Shown in pieces: positions 37,145 to 49,408 of a DNA stretch of 64,000 bases. Position 1 is the stretch's first letter. Each line of letters opens with the position of its first letter. Position numbers and translations under genes: made by a program. This DNA comes from Ranitomeya imitator (lineage: Eukaryota): the NCBI RefSeq assembly GCF_032444005.1, contig NC_091286.1, forward strand, positions 690,990,001-691,054,000, read 5' to 3'. The notes beneath the pieces are model-generated. The model had not been told where the DNA came from. It saw only the letters and a program-made list of their open reading frames with translations, and searched no databases.

Positions 37145-37677
37145 GGCTACTTTCACACATCAGGTTTTTTTGTTTCAGGCACAATCCGGCCAATTTTTTA
37201 AAAAACGGATTCATCGCAAATAGTGAAAAACTGATGTGACGGATCTATTTTTCTGCTGGATCCGTTTTTGGTTTTCTTCCGGGAATACAGTTACTTCCTG
37301 TTCCGGGTGGGGTGGGAGAGAGAGAGAGAGAGAGAGAGATTGATTCCAAAATGAAAAATGCATGATTTGTGTAAAAAGCTGAATACGGTTGCCGGATTCG
37401 ACCATTTCTCTTTGTGTTTCATATGTTTTTTGACGGATCAGTCGCTGTGCAATTTTCCACCGGACAGAAAAAACGTTCCTCTGGATGTTTTCTCCTTCTG
37501 CCGGAAAATGAACGGATCCGTCGAAAAACGGATGAAACATTGGGACATCAGGCACAATCCGGTGCTAATACAACTCTATGAGAAAAAAACAGATCCGGCA
37601 GAAAAAAAAAACGACCCTTTTTTTAATAATTCCTCAGATTGTGCATGATGCAAAAAATCTGATTTGTGAAAGTAGCC
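37145..37677. mobile_element. Harbinger-type MITE
   Basis: TIR GGCTACTTTCAC / GTGAAAGTAGCC and TAA TSD on both sides. Confidence 0.85.
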
Positions 37678-37680
37678 TAA

Positions 37681-38596
37681 GGCTGTGTGCACACGTTCAG
37701 GATTTTTCACGTTTTTTTCTTGCATTTTTTTGCTATAAAATGCGATAAAACCGTGAAACAAACACATACATTAAGCATCCTATTATTAGAATGCAATCCG
37801 CAATTTTTGTGCACATGTTGCATTTTTTTCCACGGCGGAATCACATTCCGGAAAAAAACGCAGCATTTTCATTCTTTGTGCGGAATCTCTGTGATTCCGC
37901 ACACATAGGAAGGCATTGATCTGCTTACTTTCCACATGGGGCTATGCCCACCATGCGGGTAGTAAGCAGATCATGTGCGATTTTTACCCAGGGTGGAATA
38001 GAAGAGACTCTCCTCCACGCCCTGGGAACCATGTAATTGTTAAATAAATAAGAATTAAAATAAAAAATCATGACATTCTCACCTTCCGGCGTCCCCGGCA
38101 GGCTTCCCGCTCCTCACGATGCTCCCGTTCCCAATAATGCCTTGCGGCAATGACCTGTGATGATGTAGCGGTCTCGCGAGACCGCTACGTCATCTGGGGT
38201 CATTGCCGCGAGGCATTACTGGGAACAGGATCATTGCGACGAGCTGGAAGCCTGCAGGTGACGCCGGAAGGTAAGAACATCACAATTTTTTTTTTTAATT
38301 ATTTAACATTATATCTTTTTACTAATGATGCTGCATAGGCAGCACCAATAGTAAAAAGTTGGTCACACTTGTCAAACACTATTTTTGACAAGTGTGACCA
38401 ACCTGTCAATCAGTTTTCCAAGTGATGCTACAGATCATTTGGAAAATGCTAGCATTCTGCAAGCTAATTACATTTGCAAAACGCTACTGTTTAGCGGGAA
38501 TACGCATGCCAATTCCACATGCGATGTACCCACGGCACAAGTTGCGGAATTGCCATGGAAATTTCCGCTGCAATTCTGCAATGTGTGCTCTTAGCC
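37681..38596. mobile_element. Harbinger-type MITE abutting the previous one through a shared TAA
   Basis: GGCTGTGTGCACAC ... GTGTGCTCTTAGCC-TAA; internal palindrome centred near 38177. Confidence 0.7.
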
Positions 38597-40619
38597 TAAA
38601 AGGAACTGTTCTATGTTCCTCAGTGAATGAGGCCCTAAAGTGTGTCGGGAACACCTTGATGCTGATCAAAATGGCTAGAGTGTTTTGTCTGTTTTTTTCC
38701 CCTTCAAGTTTGTATTATGCACATTGTATACCCCTCTACTGGGTTGTAAGACTCCTAAAGGGCCAGAAACCCTTTAATGTCCCTATGGACTGTCAACTCA
38801 AAGGGACTTTTGTTCATAAAAGGAGAAGTGGAGGAATGGAAATGGGTGACAAGATGGTCAAAACAGATCAAGACTGTGTTTATTGCACCCTTATCTTAAA
38901 AGGCGGATGAGGGACTGTGTGGACTGTGCTCGAGAATTTCTGAAGTTGTTACTGTGTTGGCAACAGGCCTGTGAGTTTAAAAAACTTAGACATGCAGTGT
39001 CATGGTCTCCAAGTTGGGGATGCCTGGGTCATTTGGACTCATGAAAGTACTGGACTGTGAGCATCTACTGTTGGGAAACTTGTAATGTGGGAGCCTAAGA
39101 GCCACTGTTTTTCTGGAACACAGACTCGGACAGTCTGCGGTTCTGACCAAGAGGACCATCCAGTTAAAATTTTTGCAGGAAAAGGACATGCAATGCGTCT
39201 AGGGAGGCTTATGTTCCTAGTCATCTGCTTGTGTGCCAGGTTAACTTCCGTAATACCAAGTTGCTGGTGGTGCAGTCACTGCTGAATAAATTAGTGGAGT
39301 CGGCTCGCTTTCGAGAAATAATGGCATGTGCTCAGGTTTGCTGTAAATTGCCAATACTCAATTATTATTCACAGAAAGGGGTGCTCACTCTCTGTTCTCA
39401 CGTACAGGAGAATCAAGGTCATTCTCTCAACTCATTCTTGACTTTCAAAGTGCACAACACTGTAGACACCTGTAGCGACAACTATGGGTAGGGTCAAGAC
39501 ATTTGTTTCGCAGCCCATTGGGTGAATGTTTTGAGTGCCAGCAAAGCACCACTGCAACTGGAACAGTTGAAGACTTTGTAACAGGAAGCTATGTAAATTT
39601 TCACCAACACATCCTGTTCACATCACTTTACTTCCTGTTCACGGGACCTAAAAGTGTAACGCATCCTTTATAGGAAATTAAAGGGTTATTAACATTAGCC
39701 TATTTATAAAAAAGTATTTTGAAAAATTTGACAAACCTGGATGAATTTGAATTTCAAGATATCCAATCATCTACACAGTATATTGGACATGTTCAATGCA
39801 AAGCCAATGAGCGTTCTCACTACTCAAATAACACGTTAGGTGCATTATGATAACTACATAACGCACCACATGGCCTCCTTTAAAAACATTTGTATGTCAT
39901 ATTTACTTATTTCTAACACTATTTTATTATTTACCAAGAGACTTTATTTGTGTCGAACCTTTAACCCCTTCAAGACCCAGCCTATTTTGACCTTAAAGAC
40001 CTTGCCGTTTTTTGCAATTCTGACCAGTGTCCCTTTATGAGGTAATAACTCAGGAACGCTTCAACGGATCCTAGCGGTTCTGAGATTGTTTTTTCGTGAC
40101 ATATTGGGCTTCATGTTAGTGGTAAATTTAGGTCAATAAATTCTGCATTTATTTGTGATAAACACGGAAATTTGGCGAAAATTTTGAAAATTTCGCAATT
40201 TTCACATTTTGAATTTTTATTCTGTTAAACCAGAGAGATATGTGACACAAAATAGTTAATAAATAACATTTCCCACATGTTTACTTTACATCAGCACAAT
40301 TTTGGAAACAAAATTTTTTTTTGTTAGGAAGTTATAAGGGTTAAAATTTGACCAGCGATTTGTCATTTTTACAACGAAATTTACAAAACCATTTTTTTTA
40401 GGGACCACCTCACATTTGAAGTCAGTTTGAGGGGTCTATATGGCTGAAAATACCCAAAAGTGACACCATTCTAAAAACTGCACCCCTCAAGGTACTCAAA
40501 ACCACATTCAAGAAGTTTATTAACCCTTCAGGTGCTTCACAGCAGCAGAAGCAACATGGAAGGAAAAAATGAACATTTAACTTTTTAGTCACAAAAATTA
40601 TCTTTTAGCAACAATTTTT

Positions 40620-43150
40620 TTATTTTCCCAATGGTAAAAGGAGAAACTGAACCACGAAAGTTGTTGTCCAATTTGTCCTGAGTACGCTGATACCTCATAT
40701 GTGGGGGTAAACCACTGTTTGGGCGCACGGCAGGGCTTGGAAGGGAAGGAGCGCCATTTGACTTTTTGAATCAAAAATTGGCTCCACTCTTTAGCGGACA
40801 CCATGTCACATTTGGAGAGCCCCCGTGTGCCTAAAAATTGGAGCTCCCCCACAAGTGACCCCATTTTGGAAACTAGACGCCCCAAGGAACTTATCTAGAT
40901 GCATAGTGAGCACTTTGAACCCCCAGGTGCTTCACAAATTGATCCGTAAAAATGAAAAAGTACTTTTTTTTCACAAAAAAATTCTTTTAGCCTCAATTTT
41001 TTCATTTTCACATGGGCAACAGGATAAAATGGATCCTAAAATGTGTTGGGCAATTTCTCCTGAGTACACCAATACCTCACATGTGGGGGTAAACCACTGT
41101 TTGGGCACATGGTAAGGCTCGGAAGGGAAGGAGCGCCATTTGACTTTTTGAATGAAAAATTATTTCCATCGTTAGCGGACACCATGTCGCGTTTGGATAG
41201 CTCCTGTGTGCCTAAACATTGGCGCTCCCCCACAAGTGACCCCATTTTGGAAACTAGACCCCCCAAGGAACTTATTTAGATGCCTAGTGAGCACTTTAAA
41301 CCCTCAGGTGCTTCACAAATTGATCCGTAAAAATGAAAAAGTACTTTTTTTTCACAAAAAAATTCTTTTAGCCTCAATTTTTTCATTTTCACATGGGCAA
41401 CAGGATAAAATGGATCCTAAAATGTGTTGGGCAATTTCTCCCGAGTACGCCGATACCTCATATGTGGGGGTAAACCACTGTTTGGGCACACGGCAGGGCT
41501 CGGAAGGGAAGGCGCGCCATTTGACTTTTTGAATGGAAAATTAGCTCCAATTGTTAGCGGACACCATGTCGCGTTTGGAGAGCCCCCTGTGTGCCTAAAC
41601 ATTGGAGCTCCCCCACAAGTGACCCCATTTTGGAAACTAGACCCCCCAAGGAACTTATCTAGATGCATATTGAGCACTTTAAACCCCCAGGTGCTTCACA
41701 GAAGTTTATAACGCAGAGCCATGAAAATAAAAAATAATTTTTCTTTCATCAAAAATGATTTTTTAGCCTGGAATTTCCTATTTTGCCAAGGATAATGGGA
41801 GAAATTGGACCCCAAATATTGTTGTCCAGTTTGTCCTGAGTACGCTGATACCCCATATGTGGGGGTAAACCACTGTTTGGGCGCACGGCAGGGCTCGGAA
41901 GGGATGGCACGCCATTTGGCTTTTTAAATGGAAAATTAGCTCCAATCATTAGCGGACACCATGTCACGTTTGGAGAGCCCCTGTGTGCTTAAACATTGGA
42001 GATTCCCCAGAAATGACACCATTTTGGAAACTAGACCCCCAAAGGAACTAATCTAGATGTGTGGTGAGGACTTTGAACCCCCAAGTGCTTCACAGAAGTT
42101 TATAACGCAGAGCCATGAAAATAAAAAAAAAAATTATTTTCTCAAAAATGATCTTTTAGCCTGCAATTTTTTATTTTCCCAAGGGTAACAGGAGAAATTG
42201 GACCCCAAAAGTTGTTGTCCAGTTTCTCCTGAGTACGCTGATACCCCATATGTGGGGGTAAACTACTGTTTGGGCACATGCCGGGGCTTGGAATTGAAGT
42301 AGTGACGTTTTGAAATGCAGACTTTGATGGAATGCTCTGCGGGCGTCACGTTGCGTTTGCAGAGCCCCTGATGTGCCTAAACAGTAGAAACCCCCCACAA
42401 GTGACCCCATTTTGGAAACTAGACCCTGAAAGGAACTTATCTAGATGTGTGGTGAGCACTTTGAACCCCCAAGTGCTTCATAGAAGTTTATAATGCAGAG
42501 CCGTGAAAATAATAAATACGTTTTCTTTCCTCAAAAATAATTATTTAGCCCAGAATTTTTTATTTTCCCAAGGGTTACAGGAGAAATTGGACCCCAAAAG
42601 TTGTTGTCCAGTTTCTCCTGAGTACGCTGATACCCCATATGTGGGGGTAAACCACTGTTTGGGCACACGTCGGGGCTCAGAAGGGAAGTAGTGACTTTTG
42701 AAATGCAGACTTTGATGGAATGGTCTGCGGGTGTCACGTTGCGTTTGCAGAGCCCCTGGTGTGCCTAAACAGTAGAGACCCCCCACAAGTGACCCCATTT
42801 TAGAAACTAGACCCCCCAAGGAACTTATCTAGATATGTGGTGAGCACTTTGAACCCCCAAGTGCTTCACAGACGTTTACAACGCAGAGCCGTGAAAATAA
42901 AAAATCATTTTTCTTTCCTCAAAAATTATGTTTTAGCAAGCATTTTTTTAGATTCACAAGGGTAACAGGAGAAATTGGACCCCAGTAATTGTTGCGCAGT
43001 TTGTCCTGAGTATGCTGGTACCCCATATGTGGGGGTAAACCACTGTTTGGGCACACGTCAGGGCTCGGAAGTGAGGGAGCACCATTTGACTTTTTGAATA
43101 CGAGATTGGCTGGAATCAATGGTGGCGCCATGTTGCGTTTGGAGACCCCT
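40620..43150. repeat. Internal tandem array, ~385-bp unit, ~7 copies
   Basis: CCTGAGTACGCTGATACCCCATATGTGGGGGTAAACCACTGTTTGGG recurs near 40677, 41060, 41441, 41836, 42228, 42617 and 43004. Confidence 0.92.
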
Positions 43151-43180
43151 GATGTGCCTAAACAGTGGTAACCCCTCAAT

Positions 43181-43338
43181 TCTAACTCCAACACTAACCC
43201 CAACACACCCCTAACCCTAATCCCAACTGTAGCCATAATCCTAATCACAACCCTAACCCCAACACACCCCTAACCACAACACTAACCCCAACACACCCCT
43301 AACCCTAACCACAACCCTAATTCCAACCCTAACCCTAA
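43181..43338. repeat. Degenerate telomere-like (CCCTAA)n tract
   Basis: CTAACCCTAA, CCCTAACC and CAACCCTAACCCTAA variants; the tract resumes at 44021-44031 next to the gap. Confidence 0.75.
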
Positions 43339-43681
43339 GGCTATGTGCCCACGTTGCGGATTCGTGTGAGATATTTCCGCACCATTTTTGAAAAATCTGC
43401 GGGTAAAAGGCACTGTGTTTTACCTGCGGATTTTCCGCGGATTTCCAGTGTTTTTTGTGCGGATTTCACCTGCGGATTCCTATTGAGGAAAAGGTGTAAA
43501 ACGCTGCGGAATCCGCACAAAGAATTGACATGCTGCGGAAAATACAACGCAGCGTTCCCGCGCGGTATTTTCCGCACCATGGGCACAGCGGATTTGGTTT
43601 CCATATGTTTACATGGTACTGTAAACCTGATGGAACACTGCTGCGAATCCGCAGCCAAATCCGCACCGTGTGCACATAGCC
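43339..43681. mobile_element. Harbinger-type MITE inserted in the telomere-like tract
   Basis: GGCTATGTGCCCAC / GTGCACATAGCC and TAA TSD. Confidence 0.82.
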
Positions 43682-43690
43682 TAATTCTAA

Positions 43691-44022
43691 AGGTATGTGC
43701 ACACGCTGCGGATCCGCAGCAGTTTCCCATGAGTGTACAGTTCAATGTAAACCTATGGGAAACAAAAATCGCTGTACACATGCTGCGGAAAAACTGCACG
43801 GAAACGCAGCGGTTTACATTCCGCAGCATGTCACTTCTTTGTGCGGATTCCGCAGCAGTTTTACAACTGCTCCAATAGAAAATCGCAATTGTAAAACCGC
43901 AGTGAAATGCGCAGAAAAAAACGCGGTAAATCCGCCATAAATCCGCAGCGGTTTAGCACTGCGGATTTATCAAATCCGCAGCGGAAAAATCCGCAGAGGA
44001 CCAGAATACGTGTGCACATTCC
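43691..44022. mobile_element. Second Harbinger-type MITE in the telomere-like tract
   Basis: AGGTATGTGCACAC / GTGTGCACATTCC, with TAA at both sides; exact ends are uncertain by 1 bp. Confidence 0.72.
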
Positions 44023-44031
44023 TAACCCTAA

Positions 44032-44251
44032 NNNNNNNNNNNNNNNNNNNNNNNNNNNNNNNNNNNNNNNNNNNNNNNNNNNNNNNNNNNNNNNNNNNNN
44101 NNNNNNNNNNNNNNNNNNNNNNNNNNNNNNNNNNNNNNNNNNNNNNNNNNNNNNNNNNNNNNNNNNNNNNNNNNNNNNNNNNNNNNNNNNNNNNNNNNNN
44201 NNNNNNNNNNNNNNNNNNNNNNNNNNNNNNNNNNNNNNNNNNNNNNNNNNN
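44032..44251. other. Assembly gap (N run)
   Basis: 220 N. Confidence 1.
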
Positions 44252-44469
44252 TATGGGGGTGACAAAGGGGGGGGGGGGGGTCATTTATTATTTTTTTTAT
44301 TTTGATCACTGAGATAGATTATATCTCAGTGATCAAAATGCACTTTGGAACGAATCTGCCGGCCGGCAGATTCGGCGGGCGCACTGCGCATGCGCCCGCC
44401 ATTTTGGAAGATGGCGGCGCCCGGGAGAAGACGGACGGGACCACGGCTGGATCGGTAAGTATGATAGGG

Positions 44470-44780
44470 TGGGGGGGACCACGGGGGGGGGGATCGGAGC
44501 ACGGGGGGGGGAATCGGAGCGCGGGAGGGGTGGAACGGAGCGCGGGGGGCGTGGAACGGAGCACGGGGGGGCTGGAATGGAGCACGGGGGGGTGGAACGG
44601 AGCACGGGGGGGTGGATCGGAGTGCAGGGGGGGTGATTGGAGCACGGGGGGGTGATTGGAGCACGGGGGGAGCGGACACGAGCACGGGGGGGAGCGGAGC
44701 ACTGGACGGAGGGGAGCCGGAGCAGTGTACCGGCCAGATCGGGGGGGTGGGGGGGCGATCGGAGGGGTGGGGTGGGGGCA
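44470..44780. repeat. G-rich minisatellite (~20-bp unit GGAGCACGGGGGGG..)
   Basis: More than 12 G-run units; reverse-complement copy at ~5225-5310. Confidence 0.85.
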
Positions 44781-45719
44781 CACTAGTATTTCCAGCCATG
44801 GCCGATGATATTTCAGCATCGGCCATGGCTGGATTGTAATATTTCACCCGTTATAATGGGTGAAATATTACAAATCGCTCTGATTGGCAGTTTCACTTTC
44901 AACAGCCAATCAGAGCGATCGTAGCCACGAGGGGGTGAAGCCACCCCCCCTGGGCTAAACTACCACTCCCCCTGTCCCTGCAGATCGGGTGAAATGGGAG
45001 TTAACCCTTTCACCCGATCTGCAGGGACGCGATCTTTCCATGACGCCGCATAGGCGTCATGGGTCGGAATGGCACCGACTTTCATGACGCCTACGTGGCG
45101 TCAAAGGTCGGGAAGGGGTTAATCACACTCATGTAATTATTATGCAGAATGTAAAAACTAAAATATACAGTTCATAACATTTACTGTCACCAATTATCCT
45201 ACATACCATACAACAGCTTTAAAGAAAGTATTAACACAATAAATAAACAAATGTATACAGGAGATCATTAGCGATGAGAGAATAAATTTGACTATAATTG
45301 AATTCTACTCAAATTTTATAAAAATCAGTATCGGCAAAAATGCATTTTTGTTTGCATTTAGCTTCACCGAGTCAGCCCTAAAAAAAGTAAAAAAAAAAAC
45401 CTGTTACACTTACACACCGCTCATATTTTTGGCCCCTTTGCTGATCATCGCTAGCTGTGGAATCTTCGGTCCTTTTTCCCTGAACTAAACTTCTAGGAGT
45501 CATGGTTATCTCAGAGGGTTCCGTGCAGGTACCCGGGAGATCACAGTGCATAACCCTTACAGGCATCATGATACCTAGAAGTGTAGCAAAATGTGAGACG
45601 AAGAAAGATTCCAGTGTGAGCAGCAGAGGATCAGAAGATGCAGTGAGGACAGGACGGGTGGCAATAAGTAGTGGAGGGTTGAAAGAGGGAAAGTACAAGG
45701 GCCATGTACTGTATATTGA

Positions 45720-46470
45720 AACACCTAAATAAAATGGGAATGGTTGGTGATATCAACTTCCTGTTTGTTGTGGTACATTAGTATATGGGAGGGGGAGAAA
45801 CTTTTCAAGATGGGTGGTGACCATGGCGGCCATTTTGAAGTCGGCCATTTTGGATGCAACTTTATCTTTTCCAACAGGAAGAGGGTCATGTGACACATCA
45901 AACTTATTGAGAACTTTACAAGACAAACAATGGTGTGCATGGTTTTAACGTAACTTTATACTTTCATGATTTATTTACAAGTTTCTCTTTGTTTACAGCC
46001 ATCGACATGTCGCAGAGGTTAACACGTGAGGAGCGGATAGAAATTGGGTTGCTGTCTGGTGAACGCAGTACCCGGGTCAGCAGATTTCAATGCAAGACAC
46101 CCTGCACAAGAAAACGGTCACCATTCCCATATTATTTAGGTATATCTATATAAATGGCCCACCCCAAAGAAGTGTGCCTCATCACTGAACATAATGTTCT
46201 GTGTAAACCAAGGGTCCTGTTCCAATTTTTGTTTCGCCCATTCTGAAAATTCAGCTCGCCGATCTGGCATCAGTCGAACATCCCTTTTGCGGATATTAGC
46301 TACTCACAAATGGCTCCGTTACAAAATCTGGTTGTTGCAGCATCTCGACGAGGATGACCCAGATCGGCGGGTTTGATGTGTCACATGACCCTCTTCTCAT
46401 TGGAAAAAATAAAGTTGGATCCAAAATGGCCGACTTCAAAATGGTCGCCAGGGTCACCACCCATCTTGAG
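45720..46470 (+). mobile_element. Deleted IS630/Tc1/mariner-superfamily element with long inverted repeats
   Basis: Inverted repeat 45806-45900 versus 46374-46468. Relic peptides MSQRLTREERIEI (ATG 46007) and SGISRTSLLRILATHKW..YKI.LLQHL.EDDPDRR. Confidence 0.7.
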
Positions 46471-46762
46471 ACATGAACTTTTGCAGATTTTCCAAGGAAA
46501 AATGCTCGAACAGGCACATTAAAATTTTACCGATCTGCTCACCTCTAATGATCATTAGTTTTTCAAATAATGGTTATCAAACCACACCATAATTGGCTGC
46601 ATCTTCCATTGCATACAGTGAATTCTCTCCTAATGTACAACTTTATTACCCGTCCACCCCTGATTGAGATATATGTTTATTCTTTTAGGGGACCATATAT
46701 TTAGAAGACCATTTTCTCCATAAAGTTAGGAGGCTTCACTGTATCTATTGATTGTGACCACC

Positions 46763-47758
46763 TCAGCCAGTAGGTAAGTTTTCATTGCATGTAGGTGGTA
46801 CTCGCAATCCTGGACCATTAGGAAGACCGGAGTTTGGGATTTTGTTACTCATTTTCTCAGATAAACAATTTCTTCCAAGGTGAGCCAATCTGGAGAATTG
46901 GTGTCTGAGCCTTGTGGTGATGTAAATCAGATAGGCCGAATGAACGGCTGGAAAAAAGTTCACAACGAAATGAAAAACTACTATGTCAACTAAAAAGTAA
47001 TAACTCATAAGAAAGAGACTGGAGATTATGTGCAATGTGTAACTCACAAAACAGGAGGCAGTGCACTTAATCGCGGTGTAGTAAGTATCTAAATGAGTCT
47101 CTATAATATTACTGCCTTTCATTCTTGCAAGGTGAAGACACAGGTTCTTCAGTAGAAGGGAAGTGGACATGGCGCTAATAAGGAACGGAAACGCATTCCC
47201 CACTAAGTAATACATCTCCATCCTCAAACTTAGCTGAACAAATTCAGAAATATTCACTTTCATGTTTTCATCCAATTTGAGAAGATCGTTGTGATACCAC
47301 CATGAGCCAAGAACAGTATATAGCGTGGATAAAGGAAGTATAGCAAAGATGAGATGGACAATCTTCTTTAATACAAAGGATTTCAATCGTGAAATGAAGA
47401 CGTTGTTGAAGTTGCTGATCTTCAAGAAAGACATCATGGAGAGCAACGTGCAGAACCAGAGGCTGCAGTAGTTTGACAACATCACTAGACTCCTTACAGC
47501 TTCATGGGTCAAACTGATTTGGAAGACAGTTTGATGGATAATGGTGCAAAACAAATCGCCCAGACACGATAATTGAAATATCAACCTTGAGAGCCCGACA
47601 GAGAAGAGAATTTGATCGGCAGCGGTCATGGGTCTTTTTTTCCAGCTGTCAATGATGCCGACAGCTACAATAAATGAATGTATCCAGAGTCCAGCTGTAA
47701 AGACCAGAGAAGTGGCCAGCAGAAGGCACATAAACTGGATGCTATATGCTCGCTCCAT
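46763..47758 (-). CDS. TAS2R: Bitter taste receptor, type 2 family (intronless 7TM GPCR), 331 aa
   Basis: FIVAV..ID.WKKR.M...DQILFSVGLSR (TM1-2), SLWFCTLLS..FLKISNF (TM3), L..NL..H...M (TM5), AIK (TM6), P.VHS.YLI...RL (TM7). First ATG at 47758; the ORF-track start at 47803 is GTG. The symbol is family-level only. Confidence 0.93.
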   Translation of the reverse strand: MERAYSIQFMCLLLATSLVFTAGLWIHSFIVAVGIIDSWKKRPMTAADQILFSVGLSRLIFQLSCLGDLFCTIIHQTVFQISLTHEAVRSLVMLSNYCSLWFCTLLSMMSFLKISNFNNVFISRLKSFVLKKIVHLIFAILPLSTLYTVLGSWWYHNDLLKLDENMKVNISEFVQLSLRMEMYYLVGNAFPFLISAMSTSLLLKNLCLHLARMKGSNIIETHLDTYYTAIKCTASCFVSYTLHIISSLFLMSYYFLVDIVVFHFVVNFFPAVHSAYLIYITTRLRHQFSRLAHLGRNCLSEKMSNKIPNSGLPNGPGLRVPPTCNENLPTG

Positions 47759-47979
47759 GAAAGTGCTTGAATCTGGTACATAATCTGGGAGAGACTTTAG
47801 CACTACTACTGTTTAACTGTTTAAATACTACTTGTAATGCAAATTTGTAATGCAAAAATCGAGACACATATACAAATGATCTGCGTAGGACAGAATTTCA
47901 CATCTGAGACTGACATGAAAACATCCGAGATGTTATTAACTAGACGACTCAATAGTGTGATGAGGTTCAAATGATCAGT

Positions 47980-49408
47980 ATGTACACTGTAATGCCACCA
48001 GCAGAATAGTGAGTACAGCTCTGGGGTATAATACAGGATGTAACTCAGGATCAGTAATGTAATGTATGTACACAGTGACTGCACCAGCAGAATAGTGAGT
48101 GCAGCTCTGGAGTATAATACAGGATGTAACTCAGGATCAGTAATGTAATGTATGTACACAGTAACTGCACCAGCAGAATAGTGAGTGCAGCTCTGGGGTA
48201 TAATACAGGATGTAACTCAGGATCAGTAATGTAATGTATGTACACAGTAACTGCACCAGCAGAATAGTGAGTGCAGCTCTGGAGTATAATACAGGATGTA
48301 ACCCAGGATCAGTAATGTAATGTATGTACACAGTGACTGCACCAGCAGAATAGTGAGTGCAGCTGTGGAGAATAATACACGATGTAGCTCAGGATTAGTA
48401 ATGTAATGTATGTACCCAGTTAGATAGTTCAGCTCTGGAGTATAATACAGGATGTAACTCAGGATCAGTAATGTAATGTATGTACACAGTGACTGCACCA
48501 GCAGAATAGATAGTTCAGCTCTGGAGTATAATACAGGATGTAACTCAGGATCAGTACAGGATCAGTAATGTAATGTATGTACACAGTGACTACACCAGCA
48601 GAATAGTGAGTGCAGCTCTGGAATATAATAAATGATGTAACTCAGGATCAGTAATGTAATGTATGTACACAGTGACAGCACCATCAGAATAGTGAGTGCA
48701 GCTCTGGGGTATAATACAAGATGTAACTCAGGATCAGTAATGTAATGTATGTACACAGTGACTGCACCAGCAGAATAGTGAGTGCAGCTCTGGAGGATAA
48801 CATAGGATGTAACTCAGGATCAGTAATGTAATGTATGTACACAGTGACTGCACCAACAGAATAGTGAGTGCAGCTCTGGAGTATAATACAGGATGTAACT
48901 CAGGATCAGTAACATAATATATGTACACAGTGACTGCACCAGCAGAATAGTGAGTGTAGCTCTGAAGTATAACACAGGATGTAACTCAGGATCAGTAATG
49001 TAATGTATGTACACAGTGACTGCACCAGCAGAATAGTGAGTGCAGCTCTGGAGTATAATACAGGATGTAACTCAGGATCAGTAATGTAATGTATGTACAC
49101 AGTGACTGCACCAACAGAATAGTGAGTATAGCTCTGGAGTATAATACAGGATGTAACTCAGGATCAGTAACGTAATGTATGTACACAGTGAGTGCACCAG
49201 CACAATAGTGAGTGCAGCTCTGGGGTATAATACAGGATGTAACTCAAAATCGGTAAGGATCAGCAATGTAATGTATGTCATCACTGACTGCACCAGCAGA
49301 ATAGTGAGTGCAGCTGTGAGATATAATACATGATGTAACAGGATCAGTACAGGATCGGTAATGTAATGTATGTACACAGTGACTATGTCATCAGAATAGT
49401 GAGTGCAG
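47980..49408. repeat. 86-bp minisatellite array (~16 units)
   Basis: GCACCAGCAGAATAGTGAGTGCAGCTCTGGAGTATAATACAGGATGTAACTCAGGATCAGTAATGTAATGTATGTACACAGTGACT; an isolated fragment lies at ~63927-63970. Confidence 0.97.

Larger units (their letters stand above)
39965..45118 (+). mobile_element. Large non-autonomous piggyBac-type element (~5.2 kb, spans a gap)
   Basis: TTAA TSD (39961-39964, 45119-45122); TIR CCCCTTCAAGACC versus CCCCTTCCCGACC; no transposase. Confidence 0.82.

Noticed and set aside
38422-38910. 162-aa ORF
   Set aside because: Starts inside a MITE and runs into flank; no recognisable domain.
40598-43248. Series of similar 66-109-aa ORFs
   Set aside because: Derived from the ~385-bp tandem unit, with inconsistent frames and stops between copies.
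44302-44847. Pro-rich/Gly-rich ORFs of 117-173 aa
   Set aside because: Translations of the G-rich minisatellite.
47759-47803. N-terminal MLKSLPDYVPDSSTF as part of TAS2R
   Set aside because: It begins at GTG; the first ATG (47758) gives a typical TAS2R length.
47821-49377. Hydrophobic 64-aa repeat ORFs (MYIHYITDPELH...)
   Set aside because: Translations of the 86-bp minisatellite, not a membrane-peptide gene cluster.
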